Positions 1 to 9,769 are shown, counted from the stretch's first letter. The stretch: DNA of 64,000 nucleotides from Alphaproteobacteria bacterium (GCA_017635595.1 JAGBLF010000027.1:24530-88529), one strand, 5' to 3'. The notes: a model not told the origin generated them from the letters alone. Program-made: numbers and translations.

Positions 1-1
1 T

Positions 2-961
2 ACCGGCGGCACGGTTGATAAATTGGAAGCAATTCCGAACTATAATACTCAGGCAGATAATAATCTATTTCGTCGTACGGTAAAAAATGTCGGTTGTGCC
101 ATTATCGGACAAACCGGTAATTTAGCACCGGCCGATAAAAAGATTTATGCCGTCCGCGATGTCTGCGGTACGGTTGAATCCATTCCGCTGATAACCGCTT
201 CCATTCTTTCTAAAAAATTGGCGGCCGGTTTGCAATATCTGGTTATGGATTTAAAATGCGGCAATGGTGCTTTTATGCAAAACCTTGCCGATGCCAAATC
301 ATTGGCACAATCTATTGTTGATGTCGCCAACGGCGCAGGAACCAAAACCCGCGCTGTTTTGACCGATATAAATCAGGTTTTGGGCACCACCGCCGGCAAC
401 GCTGTCGAAATCCGCGAAACACTTGACTATCTGAATAATAAAAATATTAACGTCCGTCTTGACAACGTTGTTAAAACTCTTTGCAGTACATTACTTTGTC
501 AGTGCGGCCGTTGTCAAACACCGGACGAAGGTTTGCAATTGTCTGAAAAAGCCCTATCCTCCGGTCAAGCTATGGAAAAATTTGCTAAAATGGTATCTTC
601 TCTCGGCGGTCCGAACGATTTTGTTGAAAATGCCGATAAATACCTGCCGACAGCTGCTCATCAAAAAGCAATTTACGCACCGGCGGAAGGCTATATTTCC
701 GCTATGGATACGCGTGCCGTCGGAATGAGTGTCATTAAGCTGAAAGGCGGACGTGCTTACCCGGGGCAGGCACTTGATTTGGCAACCGGTTATTCAGACT
801 TTATCCAAATCGGTGATAAGGTTGATAATAAAACTCCGTTGGCCATTGTCCATTACCAAACCGAAGAACAATTTGAAACGGTCAAAAAAGATATTCTTAA
901 TGCCATCAAAATAGCCCCGCAAAAACCGGAAATTAAAAACCCGATTATCATGACGATTTAA
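2..961 (+). CDS. deoA: Thymidine/pyrimidine-nucleoside phosphorylase. The 5' end lies outside the window; about 315 C-terminal residues are present.
   Basis: The ORF 23..961 continues in frame to the window edge. Conserved blocks VGCAIIGQTGNLAPADKKIYAVRD, SIPLITASILSKKLAAG and VMDLKCGNGAFM match the DeoA/Pdp family as I recall it for E. coli DeoA from about residue 120 onward. Confidence 0.85.
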   Translation, partial: TGGTVDKLEAIPNYNTQADNNLFRRTVKNVGCAIIGQTGNLAPADKKIYAVRDVCGTVESIPLITASILSKKLAAGLQYLVMDLKCGNGAFMQNLADAKSLAQSIVDVANGAGTKTRAVLTDINQVLGTTAGNAVEIRETLDYLNNKNINVRLDNVVKTLCSTLLCQCGRCQTPDEGLQLSEKALSSGQAMEKFAKMVSSLGGPNDFVENADKYLPTAAHQKAIYAPAEGYISAMDTRAVGMSVIKLKGGRAYPGQALDLATGYSDFIQIGDKVDNKTPLAIVHYQTEEQFETVKKDILNAIKIAPQKPEIKNPIIMTI

Positions 962-980
962 TCTCATGCTCATTTAAATA

Positions 981-1013
981 AAAAAGCTCCGCCATCACAG
1001 CGGAGTTTTTTTT
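981..1013. terminator. Bidirectional rho-independent terminator between the converging deoA and AsmA-like genes.
   Basis: Hairpin CTCCGC-catcaca-GCGGAG, with an A-run upstream and a T8 run downstream. Confidence 0.7.
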
Positions 1014-1028
1014 ATTCACAGTGACAGA

Positions 1029-2015
1029 TTATTTGAATAATCCACCGACACCGTTTACCAGCCCTTTGGCACCGTCAACGGCTGCTCCGGCGGCTTTTCC
1101 GGCACCATCTACGGCTGCACCGGCGGCTTTTCCGGCACCATCTACGGCTGCACCGGCGGCTTTTCCGGCACCATCTACGGCTGCACCGGCGGCTTTTCCG
1201 GCACCGTCAATAGCCGCACCGGCTATATTGCCGACACCGCTTAGCAAACCGCTCAAGTCAGCTTTTGCGACAACATTTGTTGTTGTTTTCAAAATTTCCT
1301 GAAAAATGCGGGCAATACCGTCTTCAATGGTAATACCTTGCTTTTCAGTACCTAAATTGGCAATGGTAACCGTTGGCAAATTCAGGCTTAAAGACTGTGA
1401 TGCACCGAGCAAATTAGCGGCAACCGTAGCATTTCCGTCAGCAATCACAACTTTTTTAATAGCAACTTTATACTGTGTCGCGTCTTTATCTGCAACTTTA
1501 GCCGGCTCTTTTGCTGATGAAGCCGTATTTTTCTTGATATTGGCTAAAATATCATCAACGTTATTTTGCTTTAAGCTCATCAGCTCATAAGTCACTTCTG
1601 GTCTATCGACTTTGATTTCATTGATAACGACGGTTTTAACTTTCGAGCCGGTTCCCTTCAAGCTTTCTTCCGCCAATTTTTTGACAGAATTTACATCAAC
1701 GCTGACATGTACGCCGCCCAATTTAATGATATAATCCTGACTGTATCCCTTCGGATTGGCAACCGAAATACTGTTGACACCGCCTTTGCCGTCGGTCAAA
1801 GATAAATCTATTTTACCTATATTAACACTGGTTCCGACAACTTCCGAACCTTTTTCATGCACCAGATTGCGCACAATCCCCTGCCAATCCAGATAATTAA
1901 ACGCATAATAAACACCGCCGGCGATTAATAAAATCAGCACGACCACACTCATAACAATCCACTTCAAAAACTTTTTAAAGCGGCCTTTTTTAGTTTGTTT
2001 CTTTTCTTCAGACAT
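1029..2015 (-). CDS. Short AsmA-family membrane-anchored protein with a C-terminal tandem 11-aa repeat (GAAVDGAGKAA, 5 copies).
   Basis: It has a basic N-terminus followed by a single TM helix (WIVMSVVVLILLIAGGVYYAF). The downstream stretch VGTSVNIGKIDLSL...ISVANPKGYSQDYIIKLGGVHVSVDVNS resembles the AsmA N-terminal domain. The C-terminus is encoded by perfect 33-bp repeats. Confidence 0.6.
   Translation of the reverse strand: MSEEKKQTKKGRFKKFLKWIVMSVVVLILLIAGGVYYAFNYLDWQGIVRNLVHEKGSEVVGTSVNIGKIDLSLTDGKGGVNSISVANPKGYSQDYIIKLGGVHVSVDVNSVKKLAEESLKGTGSKVKTVVINEIKVDRPEVTYELMSLKQNNVDDILANIKKNTASSAKEPAKVADKDATQYKVAIKKVVIADGNATVAANLLGASQSLSLNLPTVTIANLGTEKQGITIEDGIARIFQEILKTTTNVVAKADLSGLLSGVGNIAGAAIDGAGKAAGAAVDGAGKAAGAAVDGAGKAAGAAVDGAGKAAGAAVDGAKGLVNGVGGLFK
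1068..1232. repeat. Tandem 33-bp repeat, unit GGCACCATCTACGGCTGCACCGGCGGCTTTTCC. There are 3 perfect copies (1101-1199) flanked by 2 diverged copies.
   Basis: The repeats are directly visible in the sequence. They are in frame within CDS 1029..2015 and encode (GAAVDGAGKAA)n. The plus-strand ORF 1021..1302 (PAPSTAAPAAF repeats) is the opposite-strand shadow of the same repeat. Confidence 0.9.
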
Positions 2016-2125
2016 TTTTGTAATCTCCTTTTTTCTGTACTCAGTATGTTTTAATCAATATCTTTGAATAATGCAAATAATTTATTGTTTTTATTTAAGA
2101 TTTGTTTATGATTTCTTTGTGAGGT

Positions 2126-3673
2126 TTGATTATGAAAAAAATTATATTTTTGCTTATTTGTGTTTTGCTGTATGGTTGTAAACAACCGGAAAATTTGAAG
2201 ATAAATCTTATACATACCAATGATTTACACGCCCACTTATTGCCTTTTAACGAATACGGTGATTGCACGATTGATAGTCAAAATTGCTTAGGCGGTTTTG
2301 CGCGCATTACCTCTTTTATGCTCAAAGAAAAACAAGAACATCCGGACAGCATTATATTAGATGCCGGCGATCGTTTTACCGGCACGGCTTTCTATACGCT
2401 TACAAAAAGCCGATATTTGCTGCCGCTGTTTGAATTGATGCCTTATGATGCTGCCACACTCGGCAACCATGAATTTGACGATAATTTAAGCGAGACAGTT
2501 CATTTTATCAGCCGTTGGCATACTCCGATTTTGGCCGCCAATATTTTATCGTCGGCAAAAGAACCTATATCACAGTATATTAAGCCGTCTAAGATTATCG
2601 AGCGCGACGGCCGTAAAATCGGCATTATCGGTGTTACAACGCCGGAAATCAATATTTTAGGCGGTGCCGCCATTGAAATTACCCCGATTAAACAGGCGAT
2701 TGCCGACGAAATTCAAAAATTGAAAAATAAGCAAATCAACATTATTATCGTGCTTTCGCATATCGGTCTGACGCAAGATATCAAACTGGCAAAAGCCCTG
2801 CCGGATATTGATATCATTGTCGGCGGTCATTCGCATTCATTACTGACCAACGATAAAAGTATTGCCCACCGTCGCGGCGAATATCCGATGACGGTCAATA
2901 AAGGCAAAACATTGATTGTGACTTGCGGCATGGGCGGGCAATATGTCGGCAAATTACAGGCTGAATTTAATGCCGACGGCGAAATCATCAGCTATAACGG
3001 TGATGCCGTACCGATGACGGTTGATACGGGAGTAAATCCGCAAGCAACTAAAATCATAGCTAATGCGCAAGCCGAACTTAACAATATTTTAAGCGAAAAA
3101 ATCATCGAATTACCGCAAAGTTACGGCTATACAGACGGTACCGATTATTGCAGTCAGGAATGTCCTGTCGGTGAATATATTACCTTTTTATTGGCGCAGG
3201 AGTATCCTGAAGTCGACGGCGTAATCCTCAATTCCGGTGCTGTTCGCAGTGCTTTGCCTGCCGGCACAATCACATTTAATCAAATACTTGAAGTTTATCC
3301 GTACGATAATCCGGCGGTGATTATTGAGTTGAGCGGTAAAGAATTAAAAAAATTTCTGCGGCACGGTATCGCCCATTATCACAAGCGCGGTAAGACAAAT
3401 GAGTTGCTGCAAACATCGGGAATCAGTTATGCGTTCACGACCGATGATAAGCGTATTGAAAACGTTATGATTAAAGGTCAGCCTTTGGATTTAAATAAAA
3501 AATACAAACTTTTAACGTCTATGTTTATTGCCAACGGCGGCGATCGTTATCCGATTAAGAGCTATACGGAAACCGGTTCGACCGTGCGTGAAATTATTGT
3601 CAACCAAATGAAAAATCCGCAAAACAGAGTGTATTATTTAAAAAAGAATGTGCAAATAATCAAAAATAATTAA
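2126..3673 (+). CDS. ushA: UshA-family bifunctional metallophosphatase/5'-nucleotidase, lipoprotein.
   Basis: It has a signal peptide with a lipobox (LLYGC). The metallophosphoesterase motifs are DLHAH, GDRFTG, GNHEFD and GGHSHS. A 5'-nucleotidase C-terminal domain follows. Confidence 0.8.
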   Translation: MIMKKIIFLLICVLLYGCKQPENLKINLIHTNDLHAHLLPFNEYGDCTIDSQNCLGGFARITSFMLKEKQEHPDSIILDAGDRFTGTAFYTLTKSRYLLPLFELMPYDAATLGNHEFDDNLSETVHFISRWHTPILAANILSSAKEPISQYIKPSKIIERDGRKIGIIGVTTPEINILGGAAIEITPIKQAIADEIQKLKNKQINIIIVLSHIGLTQDIKLAKALPDIDIIVGGHSHSLLTNDKSIAHRRGEYPMTVNKGKTLIVTCGMGGQYVGKLQAEFNADGEIISYNGDAVPMTVDTGVNPQATKIIANAQAELNNILSEKIIELPQSYGYTDGTDYCSQECPVGEYITFLLAQEYPEVDGVILNSGAVRSALPAGTITFNQILEVYPYDNPAVIIELSGKELKKFLRHGIAHYHKRGKTNELLQTSGISYAFTTDDKRIENVMIKGQPLDLNKKYKLLTSMFIANGGDRYPIKSYTETGSTVREIIVNQMKNPQNRVYYLKKNVQIIKNN

Positions 3674-3725
3674 AAAAACTATTGCAAAAAAAATTATAAT
3701 GTTTTATACAAGTGATGTTTCGCAT

Positions 3726-3802
3726 GCGTGCGTAGCTCAGTTGGCTAGAGCAACTGACTCTTAATCAGTGGGTCCAGGGTTCGAATCCCTGCGCGCGTAC
3801 CA
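3726..3802 (+). tRNA. tRNA-Lys(CTT), with encoded CCA.
   Basis: Hand-folded cloverleaf: acceptor GCGTGCG/CGCGCGT (two G-U pairs), D-arm GCTC-AGTTGGCTA-GAGC, anticodon stem ACTGA/TCAGT with loop CTCTTAA (anticodon CTT), T-arm CAGGG-TTCGAAT-CCCTG, then A-CCA. Confidence 0.85.
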
Positions 3803-4124
3803 ATAAATAAACCGGCTTTATGCCGGTTTTTTTGTTGGTAGGAGTTGTAAGGGAGACGAACCCTGAAGAAAGGGCAGAAGAAAAGAAAAATATCCTGCGG
3901 ATATTTTTCTGACGACTGACAAAGGTTGCCTTTGAGCAAGCGAGCGACAGCGATACAAAGCGAAAAGATCGCAACCGAGTGACCGAAGCCTAAATTTTCC
4001 TATTATAGAAATAAGAAAATAAATTTAGGCAAGAAAGACGACGAAAGCGAGACGAACGTATCGCGGTGAGCTTTAGCGAATGAGCGCTGGGGCGGCGAAG
4101 CCAATCCAAGCGCGTACCAATAAA
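3793..4124. other. A 15-bp direct repeat (GCGCGTACCAATAAA), with copies at 3793-3807 (the tRNA-Lys 3' end) and 4110-4124, brackets an approximately 300-bp purine-rich non-coding segment. It may be an att remnant.
   Basis: Exact 15/15 match read in the sequence; the first copy overlaps the tRNA acceptor/CCA end. The intervening + strand is strongly G+A-rich, with no credible ORF on either strand. Confidence 0.5.
3810..3834 (+). terminator. Rho-independent terminator immediately after tRNA-Lys.
   Basis: Hairpin ACCGGC-tttat-GCCGGT followed by a T7 run. Confidence 0.75.
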
Positions 4125-4147
4125 GGTGCTACCCCCTCGCGGTGTTT

Positions 4148-6793
4148 TCATTTAATCTGTTTGCGGCGGTTTAGATATATCAAAACAAAGGCTAAAATCG
4201 CAGACAGCAAACTGATGATGAACCCGATGCGTAAATATGGCGTTTCATATTTCAATTCAATATGATACTTTCCAATATCCAGCAATAACGCCATAAAGGC
4301 AATGTCCGCTTTAATAATCGGTGTTTCGATTCCGTTAACATAGGCTTTCCACCCTTTTGAATAAGGTATGGATATAAATACATATTGCTTTTTACTAAGC
4401 TCGGCATCAAAAGTATATTTATTGGTGCCCATTACTATATTTTGTCCCAGAGGCTGCAAACGCGCTATATTTCTTTCAATATCTGTGGCAGAACGTGCAT
4501 ATAATTCCAAGTTTTTAATCTCATAAAGACCGTTCGGTCGTATATACATCTGAATTTCATCAATCGGCTCTTTTATATACCCGAGATTGACCAACCACTC
4601 ATGTTTATTACCGTAAATATGGCTGTAACGATTGTTGCCGAATATATCCGTAGCCATACTTTCTGTATTAAATGGCTTTCCTTTGATTACATTGATGGTG
4701 TACATTCTCGGACTTTTTTTCTTATAATCAATGCCGTCTATATATAAATAAAGTTCCGCATTCCGCTGCGCCGCAAATTTTATTGTAAAGTGGCTTTGAA
4801 AGGGAGCTTTGACTTTCAATTTATGATAATCGAGAAGTTCATCATTACTGTGAAAAGTAAAAGGTATCTTGTTGTTTTCAATAATGAAATTATCTGTATA
4901 CAGTTGTTTGTCAGTTTCAGGAACAACAACGGCCTGCATTAATATCTGTTGTCTTTCATAAGGCGAAAATTGCTCATATTCTTCAACGGGAATTGCTTTG
5001 TCAAAACCATATACCAATGAAGTAGGCGTATCAGAAGCATAAACTTCGTATTCCTGATTGTTATCCGGTTGTTGTGATACTAAACGATTATATGCCGCAA
5101 ATTGCGTATTTTTGTATTGTGTCGGTTTAAGGATATATTCAACACCTAACAAAGTTTCTAATTCAGCACGTTGATTGAGCCCCGTATACTCAGTCACCCA
5201 AGGTAACGTGCGCAAAGCTATCGAACGATGAAACTGATCGATTTTATCATTGTATATACTCATATATAAGCCGAAACCGCTCAGATGATACAACCATGCC
5301 GCATTAATCTTATCAAAGACTCCGAATTGAATAGAGTTGACGCGTCTGATATCATTGACAAGAACTTGCCGAGCAGTACTCAATTCTGCATCATTTGTTA
5401 ATTTATTGTAGGCTGTCCCGTATGCAATATTTTCTTTAACATATTTTCCTTCTTTGCTGTTAAAATACAAACCTCCGGACAAAATGACCGATACTAACAG
5501 GCTGATAAAAACAAGTATTTGCCGTTTTTTCTGATAAATGTATAATGCATAGTACCAGAAAAATGCCACATATACACAAACTGCAAAAACAATAACCGTA
5601 ATTATTTCGCGGTATAGAACCGCGCATAATACAGCATATCCGAATATAAAAAGACATGCAGATTTAAAATCGCTTTTACGCAGCATCGACACCGAATTTG
5701 TTACAATATAAGCAACCACAAGGCAATAGGCCCAAACCCAGCGATTCACCGGATAGCTGAATCCGTTTAATATATGCCCAAAATATGGAACACATAAACC
5801 GAGCGTTAATAAAATAAATTCGATTTTAATCCGATTGTTACCCTTGTTTCGGAAAAAAACATATAATAAAGGAAGAGTAATAAATCCAAATCCTATAATA
5901 CAATCACGTTCCAGCATTCTGGTCGGACGAACAAAACTCAAAAGTAAATCTTTGTAATAATCCCCGTCATACAGCATCGGTAAATCATAATCTATGCCCA
6001 TTCTGCCCTGCTGCAGTATATTATCGGCTATCGGCAGTAAAACAACGGCCGAAAGCCCTATTCCCAAAACTGAATATAACGCAACCCCGCACAGCTTTGT
6101 TATAAGAAGCTTAAAACTTTTGCCCCTGCAATAATATTCATAACTTTGCAACACCCCATATCCGAACAGAAATATACTCATCATGTAAGCAAAATAAAAG
6201 TGATTAAACCAGCAAATTGCCAAAACACCAATGTATGCACCGCCTTTTCCTTTACTCCACAGGCGATCAAACGCTGTAACCAACAGCGGAAACAGATACA
6301 TCGGATTTATAAAATAGGTTTGCGCAAAGACAATATACGCCGAACCGCAAAATGTATAAATTAAGGCACCGGCAAGGATGTCCGGCCATTTATGACCGCG
6401 ATAATAAGCAAAATAACTGTAGGCCAAACCGCAGAGATACAACTTAACAACAATGATACCGTTATATACATTTTCCGACCACGAAGACGGAAATACAACC
6501 GATAAATAATTGAACGGATCAAAAATATACGCAACCATGGTTGTCGGAATATCGCCGCCGTATCCTATACCGTGATTCCATAACGGAACATCGTTACCGG
6601 AAATTATACTGTGCCAAATTTCATTAACCCAAATCCCGAAATATAAAAAAGCCGCATAATGTTGCTGAAGGCCATCAATTTTCCCAAACAGCGATTTACC
6701 TTCCGATGCAAAATAAATACCGCAGCAACCTATGAACAGACCGATAAATAAGACTGTATAGAGCGCAATGTATTTAAGTATTTTTTTGTTCAT
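4148..6793 (-). CDS. YfhO-family polytopic membrane protein (putative glycosyltransferase).
   Basis: 881 aa. The N-terminal ~420 aa are multi-TM and aromatic-rich, followed by a large soluble domain and a single C-terminal TM (IGFIISLLSAILAFVLIYL) then RRKQIK. This topology and size match YfhO. The family assignment is from memory of the family architecture. Confidence 0.5.
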   Translation of the reverse strand: MNKKILKYIALYTVLFIGLFIGCCGIYFASEGKSLFGKIDGLQQHYAAFLYFGIWVNEIWHSIISGNDVPLWNHGIGYGGDIPTTMVAYIFDPFNYLSVVFPSSWSENVYNGIIVVKLYLCGLAYSYFAYYRGHKWPDILAGALIYTFCGSAYIVFAQTYFINPMYLFPLLVTAFDRLWSKGKGGAYIGVLAICWFNHFYFAYMMSIFLFGYGVLQSYEYYCRGKSFKLLITKLCGVALYSVLGIGLSAVVLLPIADNILQQGRMGIDYDLPMLYDGDYYKDLLLSFVRPTRMLERDCIIGFGFITLPLLYVFFRNKGNNRIKIEFILLTLGLCVPYFGHILNGFSYPVNRWVWAYCLVVAYIVTNSVSMLRKSDFKSACLFIFGYAVLCAVLYREIITVIVFAVCVYVAFFWYYALYIYQKKRQILVFISLLVSVILSGGLYFNSKEGKYVKENIAYGTAYNKLTNDAELSTARQVLVNDIRRVNSIQFGVFDKINAAWLYHLSGFGLYMSIYNDKIDQFHRSIALRTLPWVTEYTGLNQRAELETLLGVEYILKPTQYKNTQFAAYNRLVSQQPDNNQEYEVYASDTPTSLVYGFDKAIPVEEYEQFSPYERQQILMQAVVVPETDKQLYTDNFIIENNKIPFTFHSNDELLDYHKLKVKAPFQSHFTIKFAAQRNAELYLYIDGIDYKKKSPRMYTINVIKGKPFNTESMATDIFGNNRYSHIYGNKHEWLVNLGYIKEPIDEIQMYIRPNGLYEIKNLELYARSATDIERNIARLQPLGQNIVMGTNKYTFDAELSKKQYVFISIPYSKGWKAYVNGIETPIIKADIAFMALLLDIGKYHIELKYETPYLRIGFIISLLSAILAFVLIYLNRRKQIK

Positions 6794-6809
6794 TCTTTAT
6801 TTCTTGGGT

Positions 6810-7721
6810 TTAAGCCAGAATAAAACCTTCTTCAAAGTTGAATCCGCGTAAAAGCTCATCTATTGACATTGAACGCTTGCCCTGACGTTGAATTTCTTTT
6901 ATCTTGAGAGCACCGTCCTTGCATGCAATAATCAATTCATGTTTACCGGCGATAATTTCCCCTATTTGACCGGAATCGATCATTTTTTCGGCTTTCATAA
7001 CCTTAAAACGCTCACCCTTATAATCAAAATACATCGCCGGATACGGACTGAAAGCACGAATTTTGTTGTATAGCATATCTATCGGCATTGAAAAATCAAT
7101 TTTACATTCGGCCTTATCGATTTTTTGAGCATAGCAGGCTCCCTCTTCGCTTTGCGGCTGTGGCTTATATTTTGTAACATCCGCCAAAACTTTAGAAATC
7201 AAATCGGCACCCAATTCGGACATCTTATCATGCAGCTCACCGCCGGTCATTGTATTGGTTATATCGATATAGCCTTTAAGAAGCATATCGCCGGTATCCA
7301 AACCTTCGGCCACCTGCATAATCGTTACCCCGCCCTCTTTATCGCCGGCTTCGATACAGCGCTGAATCGGTGCGGCACCGCGCCAACGCGGTAATAATGA
7401 AGCGTGAATATTTAAGCACCCCAACGGATATGCCTCCAACACCGGCAAAGGCAAAATCAACCCATAGGCGGCAACCACCGCCACATCTGCCTTCAATGCT
7501 GCAAATTTTTGCTGTTCTTCGACTGAACGCAGGCTCTTCGGTGTCCGCACTTCTATGCCATATTCTTCCGCGACCGAATGAATCGGCGTTTTGCTTAATT
7601 TATTACCGCGACCGGCAATTTTCGGTTCACGCGTATAAACACAAACCACTTGGTGTTCGGCTATTAAACGACGGAGCGCCGGAACTGAAAAGTCCGGCGT
7701 TCCCATAAAAACGACTCTCAT
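6810..7721 (-). CDS. fmt: Methionyl-tRNA formyltransferase.
   Basis: VVFMGTPDFSVP, HASLLPRWRGAAPIQ and the C-terminal domain are conserved. Confidence 0.92.
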   Translation of the reverse strand: MRVVFMGTPDFSVPALRRLIAEHQVVCVYTREPKIAGRGNKLSKTPIHSVAEEYGIEVRTPKSLRSVEEQQKFAALKADVAVVAAYGLILPLPVLEAYPLGCLNIHASLLPRWRGAAPIQRCIEAGDKEGGVTIMQVAEGLDTGDMLLKGYIDITNTMTGGELHDKMSELGADLISKVLADVTKYKPQPQSEEGACYAQKIDKAECKIDFSMPIDMLYNKIRAFSPYPAMYFDYKGERFKVMKAEKMIDSGQIGEIIAGKHELIIACKDGALKIKEIQRQGKRSMSIDELLRGFNFEEGFILA

Positions 7722-9595
7722 TCTTCGTTCAATCCTACACGATGTTGATTAACTTCAATTTTATAATCTTTGGCAAAGTCTTGTAACAAAGCTTCCGTCA
7801 TTTCGCGAACATTTTCGTTATATAATGTCTGCAGAATCATCTTCTTATCGGCATCCGATAATGAAGCCGAGTCATCAAAGATATCACTTGTTACCGCGAT
7901 GACGTAATCATCACCTGACTTAATGATTTGCGGTTCATCTTTAAGAGCGGCAAATAACGTACGCATATCATCTGTCGTCAAAACATCGATTTTTTCATCA
8001 CGTGTTACCGGCATGGTATTTTTAACCGACAGATTATAGCGGTGGGCAACAGAGGTTAAATCATCACCGGCATCCACATCATGCTGAATGTTATCAACCA
8101 ATTCCTGAACAATGGAAGCTCGTTCGTTTTCCAGCCAAAATTCTCTTAATTTTGCTTCAGCTTCGTCACGCGGTTGCTCATGGCTTTCAATAATACCATC
8201 GACCTTAACGACGGCAATTCCGTCATCGGTTTCGACGGCTTGACCTGTTTCACCTTCGTTATAAGAGAAAGCGGTATCAATAACATCTTTATTTTTAAGT
8301 ATTTCGGACAAAGTATCATCGGCGCTGTCATATCTGCCGTCCTCAGACACTCCTTTAACATTATACAAAGACACACCGTAAGATTCGGCTATGGCTGCCA
8401 AATCGGCACCGGCGCCGAGTTTATCCTCAATTTCGGATACAACCTCATAACTGTTATCATAGGCTTTATCCTGTCTGATTTCGTTAATAATCTTGGCTTC
8501 AGCCTGCGTTTTAGGCATTTTAATTGCTTCTTTTGCCTCGATGACTTTCAAAATTTGCCAACTGTCGGCAACTTTTTGAACTTCTGAAATTTTATTGAGC
8601 GGTAAAGCAAAAATAATTTCGGACAGCTCATCAGCCAAATCATCTTTGCCGACGAATCCTAAATCGGTATCGGCTTCGGTCTGACCGGCTTCCTTAGCTT
8701 CGGTCATAAAATCGGCACCTTCTTGTAACTTGGCATAAGCAACGTTAGCTTTTTCTTCGTTTTCAAATACCATTTGTAAAACGTGACGTTGTGCCGGTTG
8801 TTCAAATTCATCGATATGTTCTTTATAATAAGCGGCAATTTCTTCCGGTGTTACCTCGATTTTGTTAGCCAAATCGTTCTGTGCCAAATACAAAACCGTC
8901 AGGTCACGTTTTTCCGGAATCATCAATTCTTCTTTCATATCATCATAATATTGATCAAGTTCGTCTTTGCTCGGGCTGCGTGTTACTTTAACATTTTTAT
9001 TTTCTACTTTAACATATTTAAATGTACGGCGCTGACCGACAACTTTAGCCATCATCTGCTGAGCTATTTCCGGAACATTGGCATAAGAAACCTGAGAATC
9101 GAGCAAAACACTACGAGCCAAATTAAGTTTCAAGTTTTTGATATATTCTTTTTCCTCAACGCCGCCTTGGCGCAAATACCAGTTAAACTGTTCACGACTG
9201 AACTGACCGTTTACAGAAAATTGCGGCGTCACTAAAATGATTTCTCGAACCAAACTTGTCGGAAAATCGACATTATATTTTTTCATCGTATTTTCCAAAA
9301 TCATTTCATCCACCTTAGCTTTCAGCAACGCATCGGTAATTTGCGATTTTTGTTCGGCATGTTCTTCTAAATCGATACCGCTCATATTCTTGAACTCGAG
9401 TAATTTTCTTTGCAGAAAATAGTTGAACTCACTTTGAGTCATTTCCAAATCATCGACTTTTACAACCGTCTTATTGCTGTTGGCCGAGGTAATATATCCC
9501 GACACACCAAACAACGACATAAAGCTCAGAGCCGTAACGGTTAAGATAATTTTCGTAAACACACTGTTATGCATTTTGGCAAATTTATTAATCAT
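7718..9595 (-). CDS. ppiD: Periplasmic chaperone / peptidyl-prolyl isomerase PpiD-like (SurA-family domains with an N-terminal TM anchor).
   Basis: It has an N-terminal TM helix and is 625 aa with chaperone and parvulin-like regions. It overlaps fmt by 4 nt. Confidence 0.7.
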   Translation of the reverse strand: MINKFAKMHNSVFTKIILTVTALSFMSLFGVSGYITSANSNKTVVKVDDLEMTQSEFNYFLQRKLLEFKNMSGIDLEEHAEQKSQITDALLKAKVDEMILENTMKKYNVDFPTSLVREIILVTPQFSVNGQFSREQFNWYLRQGGVEEKEYIKNLKLNLARSVLLDSQVSYANVPEIAQQMMAKVVGQRRTFKYVKVENKNVKVTRSPSKDELDQYYDDMKEELMIPEKRDLTVLYLAQNDLANKIEVTPEEIAAYYKEHIDEFEQPAQRHVLQMVFENEEKANVAYAKLQEGADFMTEAKEAGQTEADTDLGFVGKDDLADELSEIIFALPLNKISEVQKVADSWQILKVIEAKEAIKMPKTQAEAKIINEIRQDKAYDNSYEVVSEIEDKLGAGADLAAIAESYGVSLYNVKGVSEDGRYDSADDTLSEILKNKDVIDTAFSYNEGETGQAVETDDGIAVVKVDGIIESHEQPRDEAEAKLREFWLENERASIVQELVDNIQHDVDAGDDLTSVAHRYNLSVKNTMPVTRDEKIDVLTTDDMRTLFAALKDEPQIIKSGDDYVIAVTSDIFDDSASLSDADKKMILQTLYNENVREMTEALLQDFAKDYKIEVNQHRVGLNEE

Positions 9596-9769
9596 TTTTA
9601 TTTCCTATTTTTAAAGTTATTTTTGGGCTATTATAAAAATTTATATAATTATTGCAATTCTTAAATTGAATTATGCAACACAATAAAACAGTGGCTAAAG
9701 TATTTTTTTTGTAGAAAGTTATATTTTAGTATGTTACAAGTATGCAGTTTTAGTTTTTTAAGAGGTTTT

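Noticed and set aside
1021-1302. Plus-strand ORF encoding PAPSTAAPAAF repeats.
   Set aside because: It is the opposite-strand shadow of the 33-bp tandem repeat inside the better-supported minus-strand AsmA-like gene. It has no RBS and no flanking gene context.
3745-3974. Minus-strand ORFs of 64 and 69 aa overlapping tRNA-Lys and its terminator.
   Set aside because: They overlap a confidently folded tRNA and a purine-rich non-coding tract, so they are spurious.
3839-4147. Possibility that the purine-rich segment is a tmRNA (ssrA), RNase P RNA or SRP RNA.
   Set aside because: No tag-peptide reading frame (ANDN...), no T-arm/CCA other than the tRNA itself, and none of the conserved RNase P or SRP motifs were found by eye.
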